DNA of 64,000 nt from Octopus sinensis (lineage: Eukaryota), in contig NC_042998.1 of assembly GCF_006345805.1 (NCBI RefSeq), positions 181,226,001-181,290,000 on the forward strand, written 5' to 3'. Under the pieces are notes generated by a model. It was not told the origin of the DNA and made no database searches. It saw only the letters and a program-made list of their open reading frames with translations. Position 1 is the first letter of the stretch; the number at the start of each line of letters is the position of its first letter. The position numbers and the translations under genes are program-made. Positions 39,051 to 53,444 of the stretch are shown here, piece after piece.

Positions 39051-39619
39051 TATATCATGTGTGTATATATATAAATCATTATGAGTGTTTGTATATATAT
39101 ATATTATATTATTTATATTCGTATATATATATATATATATAATATATATATATATATCTGTATATATATTATATATTTATATTCGTATATAATATATATA
39201 TATATTCTTATATATATATATATATATAACACATACATATGTGTGTGTACATATATTCATACATATATATATATATACACATATATGCATATGTATATAT
39301 GTGTGTATACCTATATACACACAAATACTTATATATATACATACATATATATATATATATACATATATGTATATGTATGTGTATATATATACATACACAC
39401 ACATGTACATGTACACACGCATACACACGCTTACAAACACATACACACACACACACAAAACCATTATATAAGCCTTGGATTTTCGTTCTTGCTGTTGTTT
39501 TCATTTTCTTTTTCTTTTTCATTTCTTTTTCTGCTATGCTTTCACCGATCAACTACTTTCGAAAACTTCGTACGTGACTGTTTCGAACCTTTTAGCATTG
39601 GCCCGAAACAACTACAACG

Positions 39620-39828
39620 ACGGCGACGACGATGATGGCGACGGCGATGAACACATCTATCACTACCATCACTACTACCGCCATCCGTACAGCCCTACAG
39701 CCAGCGCAATCGCATCCATCATAAACGGTGACACAAATTGCAACCATCAACATCGACTTGTTCAGCAAGTAACACCGATGCCGTTATCATCAAGTATTAC
39801 CACCCTCAGCACGGTTAGAAGAAATAGA

Positions 39829-39891
<63 letters not shown>

Positions 39892-39904
39892 AACTACTAC
39901 TACA

Positions 39905-39951
<47 letters not shown>

Positions 39952-40244
39952 TACTATACCACTACTACTACAACCACCATCATTAATACCACTGTTGTTG
40001 CTATTATTACTACCACACCAACACCAACACCCCTACTACTACTACTACTACTGCGTTCACCAAACAGCAAAATGTTAATACCATCACCAGAAAATACCAA
40101 CACCAGCATCATCCTCAACAATGTAAATAAATAAATTTATGAAGAACAATTAAGAGCAAGAGACTGACAATAATTATAGTGGTGGTGGTGGTGGTGGTGG
40201 TGATGGTGGTGGTGGTGGTGGTGGTGGTGATGGTGGTGGTGTTG

Positions 40245-40276
<32 letters not shown>

Positions 40277-40308
40277 GGTGGTGGTGGTGGTGGTGGTGAT
40301 GGTGGTGG

Positions 40309-40341
<33 letters not shown>

Positions 40342-40365
40342 TGGTGGTGGTGATGGTGTTGATGA
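39620..40365. repeat. (GAC/TAC/CAC)n and (GGT/GTT)n trinucleotide tracts
   Basis: Seen directly; source of the poly-Y/T/V ORFs at 39475-40388. Confidence 0.92.
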
Positions 40366-40419
40366 TTAATATTCTTCTTTTGTTGTAGTTGTTATGAAAT
40401 AAATCATTATAATCACTGG

Positions 40420-40885
40420 TTTTAAATTTTGGCTCAAAGCCTACAATTTTAGAGGGGGAGGGAGGGGTTAAGTCGATTACTTCGACCCCGGTGCTCAACT
40501 GGTACTTATTTTATCAACTCTGAAAGAATGAAAGGCAAAGTCGACCTCGGCAGAATTTGAACTCAGAACTTTTAAAGATGAATGAAATGCCGCTAAGCGT
40601 TTCCTCCAGTTTGCCGCCTTAACAATAACAATAACGACGATGATGATGATGATGATGAGGAGGAGGAGGAGGAGGAGGAGGAGGAGGAGGATAACAATAA
40701 CCCTTTCTACTGGAAGCACAAGGCCTCAAATTTGGGGGGAGGGGACTAGTCTATTATATCGACTCCAGTGTTTCACTGGTACTTAATTTATCGACCCCGA
40801 AGGGATGAAGGCAAAGTCGTCCTCAGCGGAATTTGAACATCGAACGTAAAGACGTGCTAACGATTCTGCTAGCTTGCCACCTGAA
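40420..40885 (-). mobile_element. Two family B-like SINEs (40420-40620 and 40690-40885) separated by (GAT/GAG)n
   Basis: aaaggcaaagtcgacctcggc.gaatttgaactc motif in both. Confidence 0.8.
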
Positions 40886-40898
40886 TAATAATAATAAC

Positions 40899-41230
40899 CG
40901 CCCTGATGCAGTACCAAACAGTGGCTCTCGTGGCTTCTGATCTTAACTGACTGGAAGTGTTATCATGTACATTGTTTTGTCTTGGTATAAAAGATGGGCT
41001 ACAGCAAATATTCTGCTCAATACCACAGATTTGTTTGTCAGTTGTTTGATCTTAACCAGTTGAGCATGTCCCTTAGTGACTGGCGATATGTGCATCTCTG
41101 ATCATGAGCAGAAGTAGTGGGGGAGCATCATATTCATGTGTAGAGAGGAATTCTTTGGGATTTGGATAATTCACCTCTGGAAACATGGGTGTTTCGTTCA
41201 ACATCCTTAAACAACCCTTATTCAGAGACC
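40899..41230 (+). mobile_element. Interspersed repeat family E, 5' part
   Basis: Reverse complement of 7895-8225. Confidence 0.82.
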
Positions 41231-41264
41231 TTTTTTTTTTCTTTTGATTGCATTTCAATATAGC

Positions 41265-41490
41265 TTCAAGGCGACGAGCTGGCGAAATTGTTAGCCCGCC
41301 GGGGAAAATGCTTATCGTCATTGCGTCCGTCTTTGAGTTTTGAGTTCAAATTCCGCAGAGGTCGACTTTGCCTTTCATCCTTTCGTTGTCGATAAAATAA
41401 GGACCAGTTAACCACTGGGATTGATGTAATCGACTTGCCCCCACCTACCTGAAATTGCTGGTTTTATGCCAAAATTTGAAACTAATAAAG
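41265..41490 (+). mobile_element. SINE family B-like
   Basis: AAGGCGACGAGCTGGCGAA...GAGTTCAAATTCCGC...GGTCGACTTTGCCTTTCATCC. Confidence 0.85.
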
Positions 41491-42689
41491 CTTCCGCCAC
41501 TGGAGGAGTGAAAAAAAGGGTCTGAACAGCAGTATTGTATAGGCCGGGATTTCCTTACCCAAAAAATTCACAAAATGATTTTCGAATACACGAGAACGAA
41601 TTTTTTTAAAAAGTATGCTAAAGAGAATTCAAAAAATGATAAAATAAAGAAAAACAGTGAAACAAATTTATACACCCACAAGCATAGACAATTTAGCACA
41701 CAAGAATATATACCTAATGAAAGTATTAATAACAACAGCAGCAACGCAAACTCGTACAGAATTAACAAATAATTCATTTGCTACCATTACAAACCAAAGA
41801 AAGGTTTTAGACATGGGCTGAATCTAGTTAAAGGAAGACAAAGAAGTGTGACAACGTTATGTCATGGAAAAGTATTCCAACTTGCCTCTGATATTTATAG
41901 AAGATAGTGAGTCCAACATAACAGCAAAATCAGCGGGAACAAAATACCCTGTCTCACAACAGACAGTATCACCCCATTCGTCTATACGGATGAGTAGCAG
42001 ATGAAAACCGAAAGATCCAGACAGACTTCTTCGAAAAAAAAAAAAAAGAGAGCAAGAGAGCAGGAATGAAAATCCAAAGAGAACAATTAAAAGGGGAAAT
42101 AAAAATGCGCAAAGTAGGGGTTACGCTCGCCTTCTTATCGAATGCATTAAAGCATATATAGACCAAATAGAACATGCGTATTAAGTACGCAATTACTTTC
42201 AAGACGAAGTGCAAATAACAGAATATTCGCACACATTTTAGAAAGACATTATGAGATGCTATTGTTTCTGTTCTTGTTGACCAAGTGAAACACCATTTGA
42301 ACACAGTAACCTAAAGGCGTCTAGCGGAGTATTCTGAAATCTTCAACTCAGAAAAATACAGAGTGAAAATAAATAAAGAGGTTTCTTCATTGTCGGCTTC
42401 GACATAAGTACTTTTGACGGCCAGTGTTGCTCTTTTAAAAAATGAAATTTGTTTTAATTTGTACGTGTTTAATTATACTATTGATATATTCAGCATAATT
42501 ATTTGTTATATTTTATGAATTTTTAAACTGTTCCTTTTTAATGTTATGCCTCCTACCTGGCACTTCGTCTTCACATGACATATATCATCGACCCTAAACT
42601 CATATACGTGTTGTCGTTATATGAGATACAGAGAAATCGATAACTAAATCTAACTACGTGTGTGTGTGCGAGCTTGTGTGTGTGTGTGT

Positions 42690-42724
<35 letters not shown>

Positions 42725-42765
42725 TTGTGTGTGTGCGCTTGTGTGTGTGTGAGTGTGTGTGCGCT

Positions 42766-42800
<35 letters not shown>

Positions 42801-43144
42801 GTGTGTGCGTGCGTTATAAATGTAGTAGATTATACAACTTTTCAGACCCAAGTAACAACACTAAAAGACTATCTGACACCCTCAAATTGACTGGTGAACT
42901 CAGATGATACTAAAATTCCGCTTGTAATGGACGCCCGGAAGGCGTTAACTGTATATAAATCAGTTCTCATGAATTATTCATACAATTTATAATTTGACTT
43001 AATAACAGTGGAAGATAGGTATTTATTGTCTCTCTTTAATTTAGCGCTGCATATGTCATTAGTATTCACATCTATGAAATATTATATAATATAAATCGCT
43101 GGCAGAAATGCTATAAAATCATTAGCTGAGAAAGACAGAAAGAC

Positions 43145-43921
<777 letters not shown>

Positions 43922-44399
43922 TAATATAATTATCACCCGGAAATCTAAAAAACCGAAACACGCCTATGGTTTTCACCAATGGCTTTGGAAGTTTAGATGT
44001 ATTGTACTCTGCCTATACCTGTCATCTCTGCGGAGTGTCTGGTGTAACTTGACCGTACTTTTATCTAATAACTAGTGTGAAACCGTTGGGTAAAATTGGC
44101 AGAAATGGATCTACAATACTGTATATTTTGATTAATATGTGTGTGTGCGTGTGTGTGTGTATGTGTGTGTATGTGAGTACAAAGAGTATGAAGGAAACGA
44201 AAGAGGAGAGAGAGTTTGTGTGGGTATAAGTGATGAACAAGTGCAATGTGTTTGATATGACTATATGTGAGAAAGATGAAACTTAATACACATATAGAAT
44301 ATAGATTTTATTCTAGGTATTTTAACGTTCAATGTCTCACGGTGATTAATAGTTTCATCCCAGGCTGAAATCTATGGACAGTAAGATATTCAGAAATAA

Positions 44400-44960
44400 A
44401 ATTTATATGCATAAGCAATGATATTTACTCAGAGGAGCCTGATGTATGAGCGTGGTGTGTTATATCACACTCATACATCAGACTGTTGTACTGGAATATT
44501 TGCAGACAGTGATTTAGAGTGAGTGTTGGTGTGGGCTGGAGTGAGACTGTGCAGGTGAGTCAGGGTGTCCATTACTTTGTTTGGTAAAAGGAAATGTTTT
44601 CGGCTATTAGAAAATAAAACTGGATATGTTTAATTTATCAGCCAGTGATGTTTTGTATGTTTGGGCAGGGTATTGTAACAATAAAATCAAAGGGAGTTCA
44701 TGATATGAAGGTTTAACAGTGCTAAAGGAATTTTTTTGGTGTAAAAATGTGTCTTTTAGAAACGGTCATGGTCAGAGACCGGAACAAAAGATTAAGTGGT
44801 GTGTAGTGGAGAGTGGTGTACATCAGTAAAGAATTTTGGGTAGGTAACGTTTTTTTTTTTTTGAGACTGAAAATCATGGAATAAATTAGAGTGTCTCAGA
44901 AGTGTAGAGTTCTGAATGGGGTGAGAGAGTTGTTGATTAATTTTGTATTTAATTTACGGC
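44400..44960 (+). mobile_element. Old LINE 3' relic (L1/Tx1-like)
   Basis: GT-rich strand-biased segment with ETVxxx and F..LKxK..E.LS..F-like remnants; too decayed for a firm alignment. Confidence 0.33.
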
Positions 44961-45118
44961 AAAACGTAAATATCTTGTAGGTGATGTTGAGTAGTGGAAA
45001 CGAAAAGCATATGTTAGCTTATACTGAAGATGTAGGAGTAGAGAATAGTGTCAACTGTAACGAAAGGGTTATACATATAAGACTGGCACATGTAAACATA
45101 TAAATGGATATACACAAT

Positions 45119-45450
45119 ATTCCTTTATTATGGCCGGGTTCCAACCCGGGACGCAGCATCAAGGTCTACCCGACACATTTCCCGGTCCATCAACAATACC
45201 CCGATGTCCTGGATACATTCAAGGCCAGTGTCTGCAATAAATTTGTCGATGTACGTGTGACGGCGTTTTCTTCTTCTTACATCACCATGAAGTGGATTCC
45301 ACTAGGTTAATTAAAATGCTTCCAGTACAAGATGGTGCCTTTGCCTGATCTTCTCGCTAACTTTCAGCAGGTCTCCATATAAGCATTCGTTTGTCATATG
45401 TTGCTGCCATTTCACTTTTAGAGTCATTCGTAGCACCCTTGTGTAGCATC
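45119..45450 (-). mobile_element. RTE-clade LINE 3' end
   Basis: Reads WQQHMTNECLYGDLLKVSEKIRQR...WNPLHG...RRHTYIDKFIADTGL...MDREMCR. Confidence 0.78.
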
Positions 45451-45520
45451 CATATATACATACATACATACATACATACATACATACATACGCGTGCTTG
45501 TGTGTGTTGTATTGTGTGTG

Positions 45521-45566
<46 letters not shown>

Positions 45567-45825
45567 AAAAGATTAATCGAATGCGCTCACATACACTTGG
45601 AAAAAACTTCTTCCAAAAAAGTTAGTAACATCCTGATAAAAGATTTTATAACTTTTTTAGAAATTAATTTTACTTAAAAATCCCCCGTATATTTAAAAAC
45701 TCTATTAAGTAATTTTCACAGACTTTCTTATATATATATATGTATGTATGTATATATTATGTATATGTATATATATATATATATGTATATGTATACACAC
45801 GCGCGCGCGCGCACACGCACACACA

Positions 45826-45906
<81 letters not shown>

Positions 45907-45940
45907 TGTATACGTACATATGTTAATGTGTGTGTACATA

Positions 45941-46937
45941 CAGTCGTCCTCGAAATTATTCATACCCTAGGTTTACTGAGTCCAATATCTTTCTTTAATA
46001 GTCAATAGCATAGCCTTTGTTTCTTATGACTGCTTCTAGACGATTCTTGTACGTGTACAGAAGCTTCCTGCATGTCTCTTGTGGGATGTCGGCTCACTGC
46101 TCCTTGGCAAAAGCATCGAGCTGGGCAGGATGGTCGGTTTCTTAACCATCACTCTGGTTTTCAAGCCTCACCACAAGTTCCCGATCAGATTCAGGCCAGG
46201 ACTCTGACTTGGTCATTCTTAGACATTTCATCATTGTCCTTGAACCATTTCTTCACTAACTTTGCGGTATGTTTTGGATCATTGTCCAGCTCGTACTTCA
46301 AGTTGTGGCCGAGTTGGAGTTTCTCAGCGGATTCCTTCACGTTTTCAAGGATCCTGATGTAATTCTCCTTTCTCACGATTCTTGGATCTTGACATGGTTC
46401 CTTGTGCGACTGGAAGAGAAGCATCCCCATAGCATTATGTTTCCACCACCATGCTTGACTATAGGCACAGTGCTTTTCAGCTTGTAAGCGTCTCCTTTCT
46501 TCCGCCAGATATATTCAGCATCCATATGGCCAAATATTCCCAACTTCGTCTCATCAGACCACAGGGTGGTTGACCAAAAGTTGAGGTCTTGCTTCAGATT
46601 ACCTCTAGCAAAGGCCAGGCAAACCTCCAGATGTTTCCTCCTGAGCAGTAGCATCTTCTGCGGCATACGTTCATGGAGACCTCTTCTGTGCAATTTGCAC
46701 AATTGTGGATCGTGGTGACACCTACGTCCCTGCCTGGTCAAGCGTTTCAATAAGGGCCTTCGTTATGGACCGAGACCTGTTGCTGATCCCTCAGAAGATT
46801 TTACTGGCAAGTTTGTGTGACACCTTACACTTCCTGCCACGCCCACTGAAAATTTTAACAATGTTGAACCTTTTGTGCTCGTTGATTATGCTCTGGACTG
46901 TTGCCACAGGAACATCATGCTGCTTTGAAATGGCCAA
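45941..46937 (-). mobile_element. Tc1-family (DD34E-type) transposon, 5'-truncated, decayed transposase
   Basis: TA then TIR CAGTCGTCCTCGAAATTATTCATACCC at 45941; HTH region GRGRKCKVS, WSDETK, KHGGGNIMLWGCF, DNDPKHTAK; ends NKGYAIDY* at 45995; multiple frameshifts and stops. Confidence 0.92.
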
Positions 46938-47127
46938 GGGAAAGACAAAGGTCGATACAGCTTGGCACCTGTGACGTCACAACTCATTTCTACAGCTGAG
47001 TGAACTGGAGCAACGTGAAATAAAGTGTCTTGCTCAAGAACACAACACGCAGCCCGGTCCGGGATTCGAGCTCACAACCTCACGATCGTAAGCTCGACGC
47101 TCTAACCACTGAGCCATGCGCCTCCAC
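46938..47127 (-). mobile_element. SINE family C, 5' part, abutting the truncated Tc1
   Basis: Near-identical to 1845-2028; CCAA is shared at the junction. Confidence 0.9.
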
Positions 47128-47142
47128 TTATACACTATACTC

Positions 47143-47232
47143 TTCAGGAAATAACTATAGGACAAAGATTACAAAGATTAGCATATTCAGGAAATAACTA
47201 TAGGACAAAGATTACAAAGATTAGCATATTCA
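47143..47232. repeat. Perfect 43-bp tandem duplication
   Basis: TTCAGGAAATAACTATAGGACAAAGATTACAAAGATTAGCATA twice. Confidence 0.95.
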
Positions 47233-47484
47233 CAATAAGTGAAACAGAGGTATGAATAATTCTGAACATATGCAAAAAAGAACTTTAGGCCATATCTATT
47301 ATTATGCAAATGAAGTTTAGCCAACTCATCTGTGGATTTATGAATAGCAACAAGTATACAAAAGATACATAGGAAGTACCAATATAATAACTTTTACAAA
47401 TGAAGAAATCTAAAAACGAATGTTAGTTCCCATGGGATATGGATAATTTTGAGGACGACTGTACATATAGATATACACACACAT

Positions 47485-47538
<54 letters not shown>

Positions 47539-47544
47539 CTCCAA

Positions 47545-47680
47545 CTCAAATGGCCAAGTGGTTAGGGAGTTAGGCAACAATTATAAGTTTGAAGATTCGA
47601 GTCCTAAACTGGACAATGCCAATGTGCTTGAGCAAGACGCTTAGTCTCACGTCATTCGAATCTACTCAGCTAAAAATAAG
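47545..47680 (+). mobile_element. Degraded tRNA-headed SINE (family C-like)
   Basis: ATGGCCAAGTGGTTAG, GATTCGAGTCC, gtgcttgagcaagacgctt. Confidence 0.55.
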
Positions 47681-48181
47681 CAAACAGTGCAGGACTCGTG
47701 TAGCTCTTCCTCCCTTCTGGTGTTACGTCTTCCTATGTTCCATCGGTTCAAGGGTAGGGGAGTCGAGAGAGTGTCTACGTCTGTCTGTGACTACAAAAGC
47801 ACTAAGACAGTTAGCATATGTGAGCTACATACTACTATCTCTCCTTAATGTGTATCGTTCAAAAATATGCACACCGACATATTTGTGCATCCTGATGATT
47901 TTCCATACAAGGTATTTAAAATGCAAAATTATATATTTATATATGCTTTATAATTTTAATTTTGTTTGTGAAATGAAACAATTGTAGCTGAATATGTTAA
48001 TTAAGTAATAAATTAATTTGTATCCATTAAATCTCTCTGTTTTCTAACTCGATAATATATGTGTAGAGAGAGAGACATACAGATAGATAGATATACACAT
48101 ATATGATCTATGTATCTATGTGTGTATATACGCACACACACTCAAACACACAAACACACACACACACACATATACATATAT

Positions 48182-48652
48182 ACAAGGTGTTCATAAAGAC
48201 ATGGTGCAACGCTACAAAATACAGTTTTTCAACAAGATGGTACACCTTGTCACATTGCTCTGCAAGTTAGAAAGTTTCTGAATGAGAAATTACTTCACAT
48301 ATAAATTGAAAGAAGTGGCCCATCATTCTGGCCCCAAAGTTCACCAGATTTGTTTTGTTTTTTTTTCTATGGGGACACGTGAAAAGTATTGTTTATTCAA
48401 CCAAGCCTCGATCTTTAGAAAACTTGAAAGCAAGGAAAACTGATGTGATTGAAAATCAAGTAGAAAATGCTTTCCGAGAACTACAGAACCGTATTTCTCT
48501 TTGTACAAGTTATGATGGTGGACATATTGAAAATTAACAAGATAAATAAGAAAAACGTTTAGGCTGTTCTTTCTTATCCTTTTTACAGATTAACTCTATC
48601 ATGTACCATTACAAACATACAAATATTTTAGATTGCACCACGACTTAAATAA
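48182..48652 (+). mobile_element. Internally deleted Tc1/mariner-superfamily element with both TIR remnants
   Basis: Left caaggtgttcataaagacatggtgcaa, right ttgcaccacgacttaaataaa; internal FQQDGTPCH...WPQSSPDL...FLWGHVKSIVY...GGHIEN*. Confidence 0.8.
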
Positions 48653-48677
48653 ATATATATATATATATATATATATA

Positions 48678-48839
48678 GCTTGAGATGAATATGGTACTTA
48701 AGTTAAAGGCACCAGAATTTGGTATGGTATTATCCATATAAATCAAATGGGGTGATTATAATCAAAATAAGCACAAGGATATCCAAGGTAGTGCAGTACT
48801 ACGCTACACTACCTTGGCTATCCTTGTTGCTTATTTTGA

Positions 48840-48870
<31 letters not shown>

Positions 48871-49031
48871 ATAGCTTGAGATGAATATGGTACTTAAGTT
48901 AAAGGCACCAGAATTTGGTATGGTATTATCCATATAAATCAAATGGGGTGATTATAATCAAAATAAGCAACAAGGATATCCAAGTAGTGCAGTACTACGC
49001 TACACTACCTTGGCTATCCTTGTTGCTTATT

Positions 49032-49035
<4 letters not shown>
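48678..49035. repeat. 196-bp tandem duplication, each unit ending in a hairpin with ~33-bp arms
   Basis: Units start at 48678 and 48874; hairpins at 48762-48839 and 48958-49035. Confidence 0.93.
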
Positions 49036-49105
<70 letters not shown>

Positions 49106-49589
49106 TAGAAACTGAGAAGCCCGTCACGTATAGACAGACAGACAAGCGGACAGGCAGACAGACAGATGCACGAGGAGATTCTGCATAGTTTCTTCCAAAT
49201 TTCGACCTGAGGCCATGTTGTAAGACATTTCTACAACGGAAGCACGCACTAGGATCGAACGTGGCCTCACGTGATTGTGACGTCAACTCCTTAGTCGTAT
49301 GGCGATAAGTGCGACTATTTACAACGATGATTTGTTCTTTCCAATCTTATTTGCGTGTTGCAGTCTCTTTGGTTTCTTTATTCATTTATGTTTATATCAT
49401 AATACTCGGAGGCGATCGTATGGAATATGCAGAGTGCGAATCTTATTTAAAATAAATCTTTATTTAAAATAAAAAGTATATTGCGTAGAATGAAAGCTAT
49501 CCCTTATAAAACCACTTTTAAAATATACAGAAAACCACGTAGGCTGGTAAGAATTTAATATTTTTTTGTTCGCATTTATCATTACAATA

Positions 49590-49800
49590 CGCTAATAAAT
49601 GCAAGTATCGTATTTTACCAAGAATAATTACTCTCACTCTGCTTATTTCTATGACAAGGTCTTTGTACTTTGATAACTTTCGACTTGTGGGTGATGTTTG
49701 GGCGGAGGAGATCGAGTTTGTCTGTTGGAGTGCATATATTTTCATTTCCGACTTTGACTATGATATCTGAGATTTCTCTTTGATCACTTTGTAAGCCTGG
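49590..49800 (-). mobile_element. Decayed LINE fragment with a restriction-like endonuclease C-terminus
   Basis: DIIVK remnant and KLSKYKDLVIEISR, matching PDIVV...EKLSKYKDL.IEI.RMW of RLE non-LTR elements. Confidence 0.55.
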
Positions 49801-51375
49801 AAAAGTATATGTTGTAGATTACTATACCAATCTTATTATACATTATGCTTTTGTTGCGTGTTAATTCAATTTATTATCGAGTTTCCTCTAGAAGTGTCAA
49901 AATATTGCCTAATGGATATAGCTATTTATTTGGACATGTCTCTGGACATATATATTAATATATAGCTACGCATTCACATAAACACATAGACACATATACA
50001 CACATACATACAAACACGCTTGCATACATATATACATAGATACTCAAATTTATGAATCTGTATTCGTGTGTGTGAGTGAGTAAGTGAGTGAGTGAGTGAG
50101 TGTTGCGTGTATTGTTGATTATGGGACAGACCTAAGCTGGCGGAAATTGTTTCATTATGTTGATTATAGAGTCTATAGTTGATGTCAGACTTTTGTTTAT
50201 TATTACATTCTAAAAGTATGTATGTGACTAGATATTCATCTTCACGTTTCTGCAAGTTTTAACCAATTGTTAACTTTTATATTGGTCCACTTCATTTCTA
50301 TGCACTCTTCTGGGTTGGAAATCTTTTTATCTCTGTTTTTATATATTTTTCTGCACTATTATTCTTCGGATTGTTGCTTTGATATAATATTTGTTGTTGG
50401 TTTTTCAACCTTTCTGTTGTATTCTCCTTACTAAATTCTTTTGTCTCTATATATTTAGTTTCAAATTTGTACCTCATCTTTATCTAAAGAGAAAATATGT
50501 TATATATTAAGTATTTCATGTTTGTCTGATATATACAAATCAATCCAACTTTTATGGCTTCTATGTATTTTTCTAAACCAAATTATGGTTACTTTGCAAT
50601 AATAGTATTTTTCATTTATCACGTCTACGTTTTGCGTGTAGTACGTATATCTTATCTCTATCAGCCGTCATGTAGGTTACTGGTTTTTCCTATTAAGACG
50701 ACATAATTCACATATATTACATTTTTTTATATATTGGGGCTGTAGTTTATTTGATTCAAAAACTTAATGTATTTGTGAGTGTAACCTTATTTGTATATTT
50801 AATAATAATTCACTTCATTTGCAATACTCCGTTTTAAGTTTTTCATTCATTGTAGAATGATGTGACGTACCAGTAGTATCCACTTCTAAGAACTTGTACA
50901 AACGATTCTGTTCTGATCTTCTGATTTGTGTCTACAAAGTTCGAAGCCTGGATTAATTTCTTCTTTTTTTAGACAAGCTATAGTACTTTTAAATAATTTC
51001 GCACTCATTTTGAATACGACGCTAAATCCATGAAAATTACGTTTCCCAGCAGGATATTGTCTCTTATTATTATTACTAGTATTGTTGTTATACATACATA
51101 CATACATACATACAAGCATATGTAATGATAATAATAAGTGGATGTAAACACATGAACAAAATAAGAATAAATAAAAACAACAACAACAAAAACAAATTAC
51201 ATGAACGTATATAAACAGAAGATACAAATATTACAGGCATCCCCCCACATACACACACTAAATAAACATAGACGCACATAGAGATATAACCATGCGCAAA
51301 TGAAGACATACAATAGAAATACAAAATGGCTAACGGTTAGTAAGGTGAGACACAAATAAGAAAGAAGAAAACAAA

Positions 51376-51420
51376 GGACCACTGATGCGGTCACAGTAGT
51401 GTGACGAAAGAACTCTGGCC
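51376..51420 (+). ncRNA. Degenerate hammerhead ribozyme motif upstream of the Penelope fragment
   Basis: CCA-CUGAUGC-G-GUCACA(GUAG)UGUGAC-GAAA-GAAC-UC/UGG; A9 appears as C, so probably inactive. Confidence 0.45.
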
Positions 51421-51570
51421 GAAATAAGATTAAGATTAATATAAAAAATAAATAACACTGAAGCAAAGTAACACCAAATATATAGTGCGTGTGTTTTTAT
51501 TGGCTAAACTGGCAAAATGATCATTCCGAAATATAACAATATATATATATACACTTACATATATATACAT

Positions 51571-53000
51571 AGGGACGACCTGGATATGCTCAATCACCTT
51601 CCTGAAACAATAAACAAAAACACCCTATTAGTATCCTTCGATGTTTTCAACCTCTATTCCAATATCCCACACAACTTAGGAATAGAGGCAATTCAATTCT
51701 GGCTAGAGAATTACGCCAACGAACTCCCACTTCGAATCAAAAAAATTCGTGATAGAAGGGTTAAAATTTATCTTGGAGAATAACTACTTCGTCTTCAAAG
51801 ACAACTTCTATCGACAAAATCGGGGACTGCGATAGGTACGAGAATGGTCCCCATCATTGCTAACCTAGTCATAGGATATCTAGAAATTAGTCTTTATCGT
51901 AAAGTACTAGAAAAATACGGCAACCCATTCTCCCTCTACATAGAAAATAACTGGAAGAGATATCTGGATGACTGTTTCATTCTTTGGCATGAATGTATAG
52001 AGAGACTTAAAGAATTTCAAGCACTTATAAATGGACTTGACGTAAACATTCAATTCACGATGAAATATAGCCATCAACAATTTCCCTTCCTCGATATCCT
52101 CATTAAAAAATCTAACAACGTAATAGAAACAGATATACTATAAGCCCACGGACTCCAAGTAATATCTACTGTTCAACTCACGCCACCACAGACACACTAG
52201 AATGAATATCCCCTTCAACCTAGCAAAAAGGATCTGTACTATAGTTTCTAATGCAAGCATCAGGGACACACGACTACATTAACTAAAGGATACACTCATC
52301 ACCAGGAACTACCCACCTTCACTAATTGACATATGCTTTCAACGTACCCTATAACTTAACAGCCACAAACTCAGACATCCCAAATTGAAGAAAGATTTAC
52401 AACCAAAAGCCCTAACTTACATCTCCACACACAACCCTCTTAACAATGAAGCCTTCGACACCATCTTTCGAAACATTCCCCTGTTAAAAAAGGACCATAG
52501 AATGAACTTAATCCCCTAAACACACATCATCATAAAAAGCAAGAGACAGCCCAAATCTATGAAAAGTCTCCTAACACAATCCTCAATAGGCTCAACAACA
52601 ACACTGAAGCAGTCAGTAAAAAACAAATTGCGGAAGACTTAACTGTGGGATATGTGTCAATTTAATTGAGGGATTAGAGTTCTCCTTCAAACAGGGACAA
52701 CGTTTCACAGTGAAAAGCAGCTTCTCATGTGTTTCGGAGAACCTGATATACGCACTAACCTACTCGGGGTGTCAAGAGCAATACATAGGCCAAGCAAATA
52801 ACAGTCTACGTCAAAGGATGGCTCTGCACAGACCCCAGATCAAAATTCCGAAAAACAGAAAAATAGCATTCTGCCAACACATCGACATATGCGCCAATAA
52901 CAAAAAGCCAAGCTTCAGAATTTTTCCCTTCTATCAATTCAGGGACGATATTACCTGTAGCCAATGAATTAGTAAAGAGTCTTTATCACAAAATACAAAC
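51571..53000 (+). mobile_element. Penelope-like retroelement (RT plus GIY-YIG), decayed, 5'-truncated
   Basis: LVSFDVFNLYSNIPH, GTAIGTRMVPIIANL, WKRYLDDCF, FPFLDILI, and NLIYALT...CQEQYIGQ...LRQRMALH...QHIDIC; frameshifts and stops; the CCHH-type linker suggests Neptune-like (inference). Confidence 0.92.
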
Positions 53001-53444
53001 CCCTTTTGAACGAATATACAACAAATGACATATCCACCACGACCTTAGAATAACACACACAAAAATATTTAAAATGATACATTCAAAGGAGATACCCAAG
53101 AATTCATAAAAAAAACAATCCCAATCACCACTGTAATCCACAACGAATCACTTTTAGGTCATTTGACCATTTAAAATCCTACTACTATCATACAATCCGC
53201 ATTCTTTTATTATTCTTTCTCTTCTTCTCTTTCTCCTCCTTCTTCTTCGTCTTCTTCCCCCTCTCTGCCACCCCTTCCTTACTTTACTACTACTGCTGTT
53301 TAGAATAACACCTACGCAAATATTAGAAACAATACATTCAAAAGTGATATCTCGAGAATTCAATCACTACTACCATCCACAAGTCACTTTCAGGGCACTT
53401 GACCGTATAACATCCTACTACAATCATACCATTCCCACATTCTC

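Noticed and set aside
41965-42335. Two tiny minus-strand exon candidates phase-compatible with 38094-38327
   Set aside because: Weak donors (gttact, gtgata) and an AAG acceptor; phase agreement alone is insufficient.
47040-47127. tRNA-Arg-like sequence (also at 1945-2028)
   Set aside because: No acceptor-stem closure; it continues into SINE body sequence, so it is a SINE head rather than a tRNA gene.
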